This document shows positions 18,941 through 26,921 of a DNA stretch of 64,000 nucleotides, piece by piece. Below the pieces are notes generated by a model, which saw only the letters and a program-made list of their open reading frames with translations, was not told the DNA's origin and did no database searches. How positions within the stretch are numbered: position 1 is the first letter of the stretch; the number at the start of each line of letters is the position of its first letter. Location of the stretch: assembly GCA_046594215.1 (NCBI GenBank), contig JBKJPX010000103.1:4923-68922 (forward strand), given 5' to 3'. The DNA comes from Panacagrimonas sp. (GTDB taxonomy: Bacteria > Pseudomonadota > Gammaproteobacteria > Nevskiales > Nevskiaceae). Made by a program: the position numbers and the translations under genes.

Positions 18941-18953
18941 CCCGGAGACGGTC

Positions 18954-20000
18954 ATGGCCGGCTACTACGTCCGCAGCGCCATTCTGGTCGGTTCCATTCC
19001 CTTGCTCGCGGAACGGGGTGCGGACGCCCTGGATCTGGCGCACTCGATAGGCATCGATGCCGCGGCGCTGACCGACCCGGACATCCCGGTGCCCGCGGTG
19101 CAGATCCTGGAGTTCTACGAGCGCGCTGCGCGGATGGCGGACTGTCCGACCTTCGGTCTGCGCATGGCCACGCGCACCGGCATGGCCGTCGTCGGGCCGC
19201 TGTGGATCCTGCTGCGGCAGGCGCAGACGCTGCAGCAGATGGTGGAAGACCTCGCGGCGCACTTCGATCTCTATACGCGCGCCGCGATCGTGAGGCTGCG
19301 CCGCGTCGGCAAGGATGTGCTGCTGACCTGGGGCATGGCAGGAGACGCCGACCGCACCGAGGTGCAGATGGCCGAGTTCTCGCTGGCCGTTTTGTGTGCC
19401 GAGCTACGGCGGCACGCGCCGGCGGGTTGGGAGCCGGCCTCGGTGCGTTTCCGCCACACCGCGCCGCGCGATCGCGCGCCGCTGCGCCGGGTGTTCGGCG
19501 CGAACCTGAGCTTCGACCAGGCCGAAAACGGCATCTTCATCGAGCGGCGCGTGCTCGACCAGCCGCTGCGCGCATCGGGGTCGCGCACGCGCACCCTGCT
19601 GAGTCACGTGCTTCGTCAGGGCGAGGCCGCCAGCGATCCCGGCCTGTTGTCGCGCGCCGGTGCGGTGGTGCGCGCGATGCTGCCGTATAGCCGCTGCACC
19701 CTGCAGGACTTGAGCCGAGCGCTCGGCATGGCGCCGCGAACCCTGCAGGAGCATCTGCAGGCGCAGGGCAGCAGCTTCCAGCAGATCCGCGACGCGGCGC
19801 GCGCGGACCTCGCGGGGCGTTACCTGCGCGAATCGCGGATGAGCCTTTCGCAGGTCGCGGATGTGCTGGGATACGCAGAGCTCAGCGTGTTCAGCCGCTG
19901 CTTTCGGCGCTGGCACGGCGTTTCGGCGCGCCGGTGGCGTACCGAGGCCCGCGCCCGCGACGGTGCCGTGCCCGAGCGTGAGATGCCCCAGTCGCGGTGA
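18954..20000 (+). CDS. AraC-family transcriptional regulator with N-terminal Arabinose_bd-like domain
   Basis: 348 aa. The C-terminal double HTH (LSQVADVLGYAELSVFSRCFRRWHGVSARRWR) is typical AraC. Divergent from the BVMO gene. Confidence 0.85.
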   Translation: MAGYYVRSAILVGSIPLLAERGADALDLAHSIGIDAAALTDPDIPVPAVQILEFYERAARMADCPTFGLRMATRTGMAVVGPLWILLRQAQTLQQMVEDLAAHFDLYTRAAIVRLRRVGKDVLLTWGMAGDADRTEVQMAEFSLAVLCAELRRHAPAGWEPASVRFRHTAPRDRAPLRRVFGANLSFDQAENGIFIERRVLDQPLRASGSRTRTLLSHVLRQGEAASDPGLLSRAGAVVRAMLPYSRCTLQDLSRALGMAPRTLQEHLQAQGSSFQQIRDAARADLAGRYLRESRMSLSQVADVLGYAELSVFSRCFRRWHGVSARRWRTEARARDGAVPEREMPQSR

Positions 20001-20201
20001 CCGCCATCAACGCCGACGACCCGCAGGCCTACGCCACGGCATTCGATGCGGCTCAGGGGTCGGCCTGCCAGGCTCCGCAGTGTGAGGCGATGCCTTGAAA
20101 GCAGGCGCCGCCGGCAGCCCCCACTCGGTCGCCGCTGCCAGCAAGACCCGCCGGCGCGTATGCTGCGCGCCGCTTTCCGACAGGTTTTTGCAGCGGCACA
20201 G

Positions 20202-20888
20202 ATGGGAAATCGCGCGCAGGTGATCGCGGTCGACGGTCCTTCCGGGGTCGGAAAGGGCATGGTCGTGCGCGGCCTGGCGAAGCGATTGGGCTGGCATCGC
20301 CTCGACAGCGGCGCTCTGTACCGGATCCTGGCCCTGTCGGCACAGCATGCCTCGATCGATCTCGCCGATACCGACCGCGTCGCGTCGCTGGCTGCCCGGC
20401 TCGACATCCATTTCGGCGGGAGCACCGAGGAGGACGAGAGCATCGTCGTGAATGGTGTCGATCTTGTGCACCAACTCCGATCCGAGACCACCGGCGGGCT
20501 CGCCTCGAAGATCGCGACCGCACCCGCGGTTCGCGCGGCCCTGCTGCAGCGTCAGCGTGACTTTCGCGTCGAGCCTGGCCTGATCGCCGACGGTCGCGAC
20601 ATGGGCACCGTGGTCTTTCCGGATGCCGAGCTAAAGCTGTTCCTGACCGCGAGTGCGGAAGAACGCGCCAGACGGCGTGCAAATCAGTTGAGCGCACGCG
20701 GTCAGGTGGTTAGACTCGCCGACCTTTCAGCGGAGATTCGAGCGCGTGACGAGCGCGATCGAACCCGGGCAGTGGCACCCCTGGTGCCGGCACCCGACGC
20801 CGTCGAGATCGACACCAGTTTTTTGAATCCAGCTCAAGTATTTGAACGGATTGACGAACTTCTGAAGACCCGAGGCTTGTTCCGCTGA
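20202..20888 (+). CDS. cmk: Cytidylate kinase
   Basis: [13 protein letters not shown]-loop, SGALYR and [13 protein letters not shown] motifs. Start at the internal ATG 20202. Confidence 0.92.
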   Translation: MGNRAQVIAVDGPSGVGKGMVVRGLAKRLGWHRLDSGALYRILALSAQHASIDLADTDRVASLAARLDIHFGGSTEEDESIVVNGVDLVHQLRSETTGGLASKIATAPAVRAALLQRQRDFRVEPGLIADGRDMGTVVFPDAELKLFLTASAEERARRRANQLSARGQVVRLADLSAEIRARDERDRTRAVAPLVPAPDAVEIDTSFLNPAQVFERIDELLKTRGLFR

Positions 20889-20923
20889 CGCCGACCCGCA
20901 AGGGAAGGCGTCAGTTTCGTTTT
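20885..20923 (+). terminator. Possible rho-independent terminator/attenuator after cmk
   Basis: 8-bp stem CTGACGCC (20885-20892) / GGCGTCAG (20907-20914) with a 14-nt loop, followed by TTTCGTTTT. Confidence 0.4.
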
Positions 20924-21033
20924 GGCGGTCGAGAAAAGTTTCGAAAGTGGTACGGGGGCTGCACCGGAGCAGCCTCATACATCTACCCGTTCTGCCCGAT
21001 CCGGTGCGCGGCAGTCAGTTCAGTGAGTCCTTA

Positions 21034-22716
21034 ATGATCGAAAGTTTTGCGGAGCTTTTTGAAGCAAGCGTGAAGGCAGGCCAGTCGATGCAGCCTGGCA
21101 CCATCGTCAACGCTATCGTGCTGGCAGTTAAACCCGACGTGGTCATCGTCGATGCCGGCCTCAAGTCCGAAGGCGTGATTCCCCTGGCGGAATTCATGGT
21201 CGACGGCGAGATCAGGGTCGCGGTAGGCGATCAGGTCGAAGTAGCGCTTGAAACCGTCGAAGACGGCTTCGGCGAAACCAAATTCAGCAAGGAAAAGGCC
21301 GAGCGGATCAAGACCTGGGAACGCCTGAACAAGGCTTTCGAGGGCAAGGAAACCGTCATCGGCATCATGACCGGCAAGGTCAAGGGCGGCTTCACGGTCG
21401 ACATCGGGACCGTCCGCGCCTTCCTCCCCGGTTCGCTGGTCGATGTCCGCCCCGTGCGCGACACGTCCTACCTCGAAGGCAAGCCGCTCGAGTTCAAGGT
21501 CATCAAGCTCGACCGCCTCCGCAACAACGTCGTCGTGTCGCGTCGCGAAGTACTGGAAGCCGAGTACAGCGCCGAGCGTGACTCGCTGCTCCAGAACCTC
21601 CAGGAAGGCGTGGTGCTCAAGGGCGTGGTCAAAAATCTCGTCGAGTACGGTGCGTTCGTGGACCTCGGCGGCATCGACGGTCTGCTCCACATCACCGACA
21701 TGACCTGGAAGCGCATCAAGGATCCGTCCGAAGTCGTGCAGGTGGGTGCGGAAATCGAAGTGAAGGTCCTCAAGTACGACCGCGAGCGTCGCCGCGTGTC
21801 GCTGGGTCTCAAGCAGCTCGGCGCCGACCCCTGGGTCGACATCGCCCGCCGTTACCCCGAGAAGACCCGCATGTTCGGCAAGGTCACGAACATCACCGAC
21901 TACGGTGCGTTCGTCGAGATCGAGCCGGGCGTTGAAGGCCTGGTCCACGTGTCGGAAATGGACTGGACCAACAAGAACATCAACCCAGGCAAGGCTGTGA
22001 CCATCGGCCAGGAAGTCGAGGTGATGATCCTCGACATCGACGAGGAGCGTCGCCGCATCTCGCTGGGCATGAAGCAGTGCGTGCCCAACCCTTGGGAAGA
22101 GTTCGCGCAGAACTTCCAGAAGGGCGACAAGGTGCACGGCCAGATCAAGTCGATCACCGATTTCGGCATCTTCATCGGCCTCAACGGCGGCATCGACGGC
22201 CTCGTGCATCTTTCAGACCTGGACTGGAACGACGACGGCGCCAACGCCGTGCGCCGCTACTCGAAGGGCATGGAACTGGACGCGGTGGTGCTGGCGATCG
22301 ACGCGGCCCGCGAGCGCATCTCGCTGGGCGTCAAGCAGGTTGCGCAGGATCCGCTCACGCAGTTCATGGCGGAAAACCAGAAGGGCGTCATCGTGAAGGG
22401 TACGGTCAAGACCGTCGAGCAGCGTGGAGCGGTCATCGACCTGGGCAACGGTGTCGAGGGCTACATCAAGGCCAACGACCTGTCGCGCGAGAAGCTGGAA
22501 GACGCCCGCACGGTGCTCAAGGACGGCGACACGCTGGAAGCGCGCTTCATCGGCGTGGATCGCAAGAACCGCATCGTGAGCCTCTCGGTTCGCGAGAAGG
22601 AGATCCAGGAAGAAGCCGAGGTGGTGGCCGAGTACAGCCGCAACGCCTCGACCGGCCGTACCAGCCTGGGCGACATCCTCAAGCAGCAGATCGGCGGTGG
22701 AAACGAAAATCCGTAA
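21034..22716 (+). CDS. rpsA: 30S ribosomal protein S1
   Basis: 560 aa. [10 protein letters not shown] start and six S1 repeats ([71 protein letters not shown]). The last 5 codons lie in AT-rich DNA (see findings). Confidence 0.97.
   Translation: MIESFAELFEASVKAGQSMQPGTIVNAIVLAVKPDVVIVDAGLKSEGVIPLAEFMVDGEIRVAVGDQVEVALETVEDGFGETKFSKEKAERIKTWERLNKAFEGKETVIGIMTGKVKGGFTVDIGTVRAFLPGSLVDVRPVRDTSYLEGKPLEFKVIKLDRLRNNVVVSRREVLEAEYSAERDSLLQNLQEGVVLKGVVKNLVEYGAFVDLGGIDGLLHITDMTWKRIKDPSEVVQVGAEIEVKVLKYDRERRRVSLGLKQLGADPWVDIARRYPEKTRMFGKVTNITDYGAFVEIEPGVEGLVHVSEMDWTNKNINPGKAVTIGQEVEVMILDIDEERRRISLGMKQCVPNPWEEFAQNFQKGDKVHGQIKSITDFGIFIGLNGGIDGLVHLSDLDWNDDGANAVRRYSKGMELDAVVLAIDAARERISLGVKQVAQDPLTQFMAENQKGVIVKGTVKTVEQRGAVIDLGNGVEGYIKANDLSREKLEDARTVLKDGDTLEARFIGVDRKNRIVSLSVREKEIQEEAEVVAEYSRNASTGRTSLGDILKQQIGGGNENP
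22678..22700 (+). repeat. Left copy of a 23-bp direct repeat (att-like core) inside the rpsA 3' end
   Basis: ctcaagcagcagatcggcggtgg matches 23921-23943 at 21 of 23 positions. It encodes LKQQIGGG in both copies. Confidence 0.7.
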
Positions 22717-22798
22717 AATCGTTTACGATCAAGGTGTTATCCAGTTATCTGGCTAGCGCCTTTGTCTACAAGTTCTACAAATCAGTACTAGTAGTCGA

Positions 22799-22837
22799 GA
22801 AGCTCCGAGGGGTCATCCTTCGGAGCTTTTTTTCTTA
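22799..22837 (+). terminator. Rho-independent terminator downstream of the present rpsA stop
   Basis: AGCTCCGAGG / CCTTCGGAGCT stem (one bulge) with loop GGTCAT, followed by TTTTTTTCTT. Confidence 0.7.
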
Positions 22838-22867
22838 TTTTCTTTAAGGTATGAGGGCGGTGTAAGC

Positions 22868-23104
22868 GTGCTCACGGCAATAAAAAATCGAATGCTGAAG
22901 TGGTATTACGGGACCTACGTTCCGCTCCCCGAAAATGACCCCAACAGCGCAGTGGTTTTCATTGGACCCGGCTTCAACGTCCAGCCACCTTTAGCCCGGC
23001 TCCTACGAACTCTAGGATTGTTTTACCTCCGCCATTGGCAATGGTTGTGGGGTACCGCCATTGCCTCGGCTAGCTTGGTCATAGCGTTGCGTGCATTGAA
23101 ATAG
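22868..23104 (+). CDS. Hypothetical small protein (78 aa, C-terminal hydrophobic helix) in the AT-rich insert
   Basis: GTG-start ORF. No recognisable family. WQWLWGTAIASASLVIAL is a likely TM segment. It competes with an antisense 53-codon ORF at 23012-23173. Confidence 0.3.
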   Translation: MLTAIKNRMLKWYYGTYVPLPENDPNSAVVFIGPGFNVQPPLARLLRTLGLFYLRHWQWLWGTAIASASLVIALRALK

Positions 23105-23188
23105 CTTTCGCTCGATTCCCATTCCGAAAAACACGCCGCTTAGCCAGGCCAGTCCGTACGCGATGAAAAACATTGTGACGTTCGTCAA

Positions 23189-23683
23189 ATGACCACCTTC
23201 CTCACGAAGTGGAGATGGAAAAGGAAATTACCCAACGGATACTTTGGAGTCTTCGGAGTAGTTCTATTCGCGCTTTTCATATTTGGATATTTCTGGTGGA
23301 ACACCGCTGACAAAACGGCCGTCCGTTTTGTGCGGGCTAATTTGCTTGATTCTGATTCGGCGAAATTTTCGGACGTAGAAATTTGCAGAAATCGCTCCGG
23401 TACCGTTTCGCATGTTTCCGGTCTCGTCAACGCAAAAAACAGTTTCGGGGGTTACACAGGAAATCAGCAGTTTTTGGTTTCCTTCGGATCTGGCGAGCCC
23501 ACGTTTGCCTATTTCGATAGCGACAACTCCGGCCGACTCCTACTCCTGTACACGCAGCAGGAGGTATTGAGTGACAATTTTCTCGGACGACATCGGAATT
23601 GCGCCGACATAAAAGAAGCGGCAACTGTTAAGTGGTCCGAGGCGATGGAAAAAAGACACAACCTATCGACGACCACATATTGA
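23189..23683 (+). CDS. Hypothetical membrane-anchored protein (164 aa) in the AT-rich insert
   Basis: N-terminal TM helix (YFGVFGVVLFALFIFGYFWW) followed by a soluble domain containing the segment VSGLVNAKNSFGGYTGNQQF. Its low-GC codon usage matches the insert. Confidence 0.5.
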   Translation: MTTFLTKWRWKRKLPNGYFGVFGVVLFALFIFGYFWWNTADKTAVRFVRANLLDSDSAKFSDVEICRNRSGTVSHVSGLVNAKNSFGGYTGNQQFLVSFGSGEPTFAYFDSDNSGRLLLLYTQQEVLSDNFLGRHRNCADIKEAATVKWSEAMEKRHNLSTTTY

Positions 23684-23917
23684 TACGCTTTAGCTTTGGA
23701 CAAGGCGCGACCGGTCCAGCGGTGGTCGTGGCCGGCGGCGCCCTTGGTTGAGTTGAGTGCAGCGTCATAAAGGAGCTCTCCGTACCAAATTCGAAGTGTC
23801 TACACTGGTTTGCAACGAATTGATTAAAAACCGAAAAAAACCAGAAGAATCGCGAAGTTTGTAGACAGAGATTTAGTCCAAGCTATTGAATCGGTAGGGG
23901 TATTGAGATTATCCGTC

Positions 23918-23956
23918 CTGCTCAAGCAGCAGATTGGCGGCGGCGACTCGAACTAA
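23918..23956 (+). pseudogene. rpsA: Relic 3' end of rpsA ([12 protein letters not shown]), displaced by the insert
   Basis: In-frame reading gives [12 protein letters not shown]-stop, against [13 protein letters not shown]-stop at the live rpsA end. No upstream coding continuity. Confidence 0.6.
23921..23943 (+). repeat. Right copy of the 23-bp direct repeat
   Basis: ctcaagcagcagattggcggcgg. AT-rich DNA lies to its left and normal-GC DNA with terminator hairpins to its right. Confidence 0.7.
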
Positions 23957-23986
23957 GTCGCGTATCGGTTAGCTGTAGCTGTCTAG

Positions 23987-24056
23987 ATTTCTGGCGTATC
24001 CGCCAGAAATCAAAGAGAAAAAACGAAGGGCTGCGCTTGCGCGGCCCTTTTTTTTG
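23987..24056. terminator. Two hairpins after the relic rpsA tail; the second is a bidirectional rho-independent terminator
   Basis: Perfect 10-bp stem ATTTCTGGCG/CGCCAGAAAT (23987-24010, loop TATC). Then GGGCTGCG/CGCGGCCC (one G-U pair), flanked by an A-run upstream and TTTTTTTT downstream (24026-24056). Confidence 0.65.
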
Positions 24057-24093
24057 GCCTATCGTCCCAGCCATCCCCGGGTGGCGAGGCGTC

Positions 24094-24432
24094 ATGACGA
24101 AGTCCGAACTCATCGAGCGCCTGGCCGCGCGCCAGACCCATCTCATGCAGAAAGACGTCGAGCTGGCGGTCAAGCAGATCCTCGACCGCATCAGCCTGGC
24201 GCTGGCCAAGCAGGATCGCGTCGAGATCCGCGGCTTCGGCAGCTTCGCGTTACACCATCGTCCCAGCCGCGTGGGCCGCAATCCGAAGACCGGCGAGCCG
24301 GTGACCATCCCTGCCAAGCACGTCCCGCATTTCAAGCCTGGCAAGGAGATGCGCGAGCGCGTCAACGCCGGTGCTGCGACCAATCCCATCGTGGTGTCGA
24401 CCTCGGTCGATTCCGACAGCGATGACGATTGA
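24094..24432 (+). CDS. ihfB: Integration host factor beta subunit
   Basis: [11 protein letters not shown] ... [10 protein letters not shown] ... GRNPKTGE is canonical IHF-beta. It carries an acidic C-terminal tail (DSDSDDD). Confidence 0.95.
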   Translation: MTKSELIERLAARQTHLMQKDVELAVKQILDRISLALAKQDRVEIRGFGSFALHHRPSRVGRNPKTGEPVTIPAKHVPHFKPGKEMRERVNAGAATNPIVVSTSVDSDSDDD

Positions 24433-24435
24433 GGC

Positions 24436-24574
24436 CGTCATGCCCTCAGCCAGAAGAGAGAAATTGGCTTGATACGCGGCATGACGCCCCTCACCCCACC
24501 GTCGACTCCGTCGACGGTCCCCCCCTCTCCCGCTTCGCGGGCGAGGGGGGTATGCCCAGGCTCCTTCGGAGCCT
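24436..24574. repeat. Stack of four stem-loops (REP-like, includes CCCCTCACCCC and CCCTCTCCCGC...GCGGGCGAGGGG motifs) in the ihfB-lapA spacer
   Basis: Four inverted repeats: CGTCATGCC/GGCATGACG (24436-24486), ACCGTCGAC/GTCGACGGT (24498-24518), 13 of 14 bp CCCCCCTCTCCCGC/GCGGGCGAGGGGGG (24520-24550), and AGGCTCC/GGAGCCT (24558-24574). Confidence 0.6.
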
Positions 24575-24598
24575 CGACTTCGCGACCGGCGAGCTAAG

Positions 24599-24922
24599 GT
24601 GCTGCGCATCCTCGTCATTGCCGCCCTGATCCTGTTCCTCGTCCTGGGCGCTTCGATCGGCTACTTCAACGCGCAGGAAGTCGAGTTCGACTACCTCGCT
24701 GGCACTGTCAAGCTTCCCCTCATCGCGCTGGTCATCGGCGAATTCGTGCTTGCCGTGTTGCTCACGCTGCTGATCTGCCTGGGCCGCATGCTCAGTCTCA
24801 AGACCGAGATCCGGCGCCTGCGCAAGCAGGTCCGGGGTTCGGAGTCCGAACTCAAGTCCCTGCGCGACCTGCCCATCCGCGAGGCGCCTCCCCGCGACAT
24901 CGTCGCCGTCAAAGACGCCTGA
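24599..24922 (+). CDS. lapA: Lipopolysaccharide assembly protein A (DUF1049 inner-membrane protein)
   Basis: 107 aa with two TM helices and a GTG start. It lies immediately upstream of, and overlaps by 1 nt, the lapB-like gene, downstream of ihfB as in many proteobacteria. Confidence 0.75.
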   Translation: MLRILVIAALILFLVLGASIGYFNAQEVEFDYLAGTVKLPLIALVIGEFVLAVLLTLLICLGRMLSLKTEIRRLRKQVRGSESELKSLRDLPIREAPPRDIVAVKDA

Positions 24923-26097
24923 TGCTGGACAGCACCCTGGGATGGCTGCTGTTTCCGCTGGGAACTGCTCTAGGCTGGTACCTGGCCCGTCGCACGCCGG
25001 GGTCGCACGCCGCCTCCCGGCCGAGGCATAGCCCGATCGCGGGCATCAGCACGCTGGTCCACGACGATCCAGACCAGGCGGTCGCCGCATTGCTGAGCGC
25101 CGAGACCCTCACCGAGGAGGCCGTCGAACTGCACCTGACGCTCGGCGGCCTGTTCCGCCGTCGCGGCCAGGTCGACCGCGCGCTGCGCGTGCACGAGGCC
25201 TTGCTGTCCCGCAGCACGCTGACGCCGGCGCAGCGCAACCGCACGGAGTACGAGCTGGCCGAGGACTATCTGAAGGCCGGCGTGTTCGACCGCGCCGAGC
25301 AAATCTATTCGTCGCTGGCCGACCGCGGCTTCAAGCTGCTGGCCTGCCTGGAGGCGGTGATTTCAATCCACGAGAGCTCGCACGACTGGCCGCGTGCGAT
25401 CGAGGCCAGCCGCCGGCTCGAAGCCGCGAGCGGCGTGTCGCGTCGCGCCATCACCGCGCAGTACCAGTGCGAGATGTCCGATGACGCGCGGCGCGCCAAG
25501 AACGTCGATGAAGCGCAAGCACAGGCCAAGCGCGCCCTGAGCACGGACAACACCTCTGCCCGCGCCAACCTCGGAATCGGTCGCCTGGCCCAGGCGCGCA
25601 GCGACTGGTCCGACGCGACCACCGCCTACGCCAAGGTCGCAGAGCTCGAACCCAAGCTGATGCCCGAGATCGTTCGCCCGCTGTGGGAATGTTGCCGCGA
25701 TTGGGGCCGCCCCGAGTACTTCGTGCACTGGATGGAAGACCTGCCCGAGGACCAGCGCATCGGCATCATCGACGTGGTGCGCGCCGAACTGCTGCACGAG
25801 ACCGGCATGGATCCCGCGGGGTTTCTGCTCGAGGCCTTCGAATCACGCCCGAGCTGGAGCGTCCTCGAGCAGGTGACGAAGCTCGAGGCGCCGCAGGACC
25901 CCGAGTTGCTGGCCCGCCTCTCGGGCGCGATGCGCGGCGCGCTCAAGACACTGAGCGCGGAACGCCAGAAGTACCAGTGCCAGAGCTGCGGCATGAAGCC
26001 CGCGCAGCTGTTCTGGCATTGCCCCAGCTGCAAGCAGTGGGGCACGGTGTTTCCGCTCGAAGACCGGTTGCAGGTTCGAAGCAGCCCCTTGCCCTGA
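24922..26097 (+). CDS. lapB: Lipopolysaccharide assembly protein B (TPR protein with C-terminal rubredoxin-like zinc finger)
   Basis: N-terminal TM, TPR repeats and the C-terminal CQSCGMKPAQLFWHCPSCKQWG motif typical of LapB/YciM. Confidence 0.9.
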   Translation: MLDSTLGWLLFPLGTALGWYLARRTPGSHAASRPRHSPIAGISTLVHDDPDQAVAALLSAETLTEEAVELHLTLGGLFRRRGQVDRALRVHEALLSRSTLTPAQRNRTEYELAEDYLKAGVFDRAEQIYSSLADRGFKLLACLEAVISIHESSHDWPRAIEASRRLEAASGVSRRAITAQYQCEMSDDARRAKNVDEAQAQAKRALSTDNTSARANLGIGRLAQARSDWSDATTAYAKVAELEPKLMPEIVRPLWECCRDWGRPEYFVHWMEDLPEDQRIGIIDVVRAELLHETGMDPAGFLLEAFESRPSWSVLEQVTKLEAPQDPELLARLSGAMRGALKTLSAERQKYQCQSCGMKPAQLFWHCPSCKQWGTVFPLEDRLQVRSSPLP

Positions 26098-26107
26098 GAT
26101 ACCGAAC

Positions 26108-26740
26108 ATGGAACCGGCCGAAAAGGAACTCATCTACGTCGCCGACCCCATGTGCTCCTGGTGCTGGGGTTTTTCGCCGGTCATCGAGCGCATCGCACCG
26201 ATGCTGCGCGAGCGCGCCGCGATCCGCGTCCTGCCCGGAGGTCTGCGCACCGATATCCGCGAGCCGCTCTCGGAGCACGAGGTCAGCTACATCATGGGCG
26301 AGTGGCGCGAGATCGCCGCGCAGACGGGCCAGCCTTTCGACTTCGAGCAGCCGCTGACCACCGATTACGTCTACGACACGGGCCCGAGTTGCCGTGCGCT
26401 ATCGGTGATGATCCGCGAGCGTCCGAATTGCGGGCTGGATTACCTGAAGAGCCTGCAGCAGGCGTTCTATGTCGGCCGGCGCGACCTCAAGGATCCGGAG
26501 GTGCTCGCTGACTATGCGCAGACCTACGGCATCTCGCGCGCGACGTTCCTGGCGAAGCTGGAGGCGCCTGCCGCGGTCGAGGCGCTGGACGAAGACGTGC
26601 ACTTCGTGCGCCGCTGCGGGATCGAGGGATTCCCGTCGGTCCTGCTGCGCGCAGGACCGCGCATCCAGCGTCTGGCCATCGGCTACCAGCCCTTCGAGGT
26701 CCTGCAGCCGCACCTCCAGCGCTGGCTCGAAGAGGTCTGA
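26108..26740 (+). CDS. DsbA-family thioredoxin-fold protein
   Basis: 210 aa. The CSWC (CxxC) motif sits at the N-terminus in the context YVADPMCSWCWGF. Confidence 0.8.
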   Translation: MEPAEKELIYVADPMCSWCWGFSPVIERIAPMLRERAAIRVLPGGLRTDIREPLSEHEVSYIMGEWREIAAQTGQPFDFEQPLTTDYVYDTGPSCRALSVMIRERPNCGLDYLKSLQQAFYVGRRDLKDPEVLADYAQTYGISRATFLAKLEAPAAVEALDEDVHFVRRCGIEGFPSVLLRAGPRIQRLAIGYQPFEVLQPHLQRWLEEV

Positions 26741-26921
26741 CGCGCGGTCGTTCGGACCGCCTCGGCTCGGCTCAACCCCGAAACGGGTTGACGCACGCGG
26801 CGCGGCTCGCCACCGTTCACCAACGCTGGCCTGCACACAAATGCCGCCAAAGTTTCTCGGGAACTGGATTTCCTGTGCCCGCTGACGGTTGAACATGTCG
26901 GCGGCGATCAAAAGGGGACAC

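Larger units (their letters stand above)
22701..23920. mobile_element. AT-rich (~42-45% GC) inserted segment at the rpsA 3' end; integrase-less island remnant
   Basis: Hand counts of sampled 60-nt lines give 42-45% GC, against about 67% in the flanks. The segment is bounded by the 23-bp direct repeat and carries its own terminator and two small ORFs. No recombinase gene is present. Confidence 0.5.

Noticed and set aside
19911-19926. TGGCAC-N5-TTCGG, a sigma-54-like -24/-12 element.
   Set aside because: It lies inside the AraC coding region. The -12 element is TTCG rather than TTGC, and no downstream gene is appropriately placed.
8823-20201. Interpreting the aroA-cmk insert as a recent horizontal acquisition.
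   Set aside because: By eye, GC content and codon style are indistinguishable from the flanks, and no boundary repeats or mobility genes were seen. Only the synteny argument remains, so recency cannot be claimed.
26772-26791. 7-bp hairpin TCAACCC-CGAAAC-GGGTTGA after the DsbA-like gene, considered as a terminator.
   Set aside because: No U-tract follows and the stem is short. It cannot be called a rho-independent terminator.
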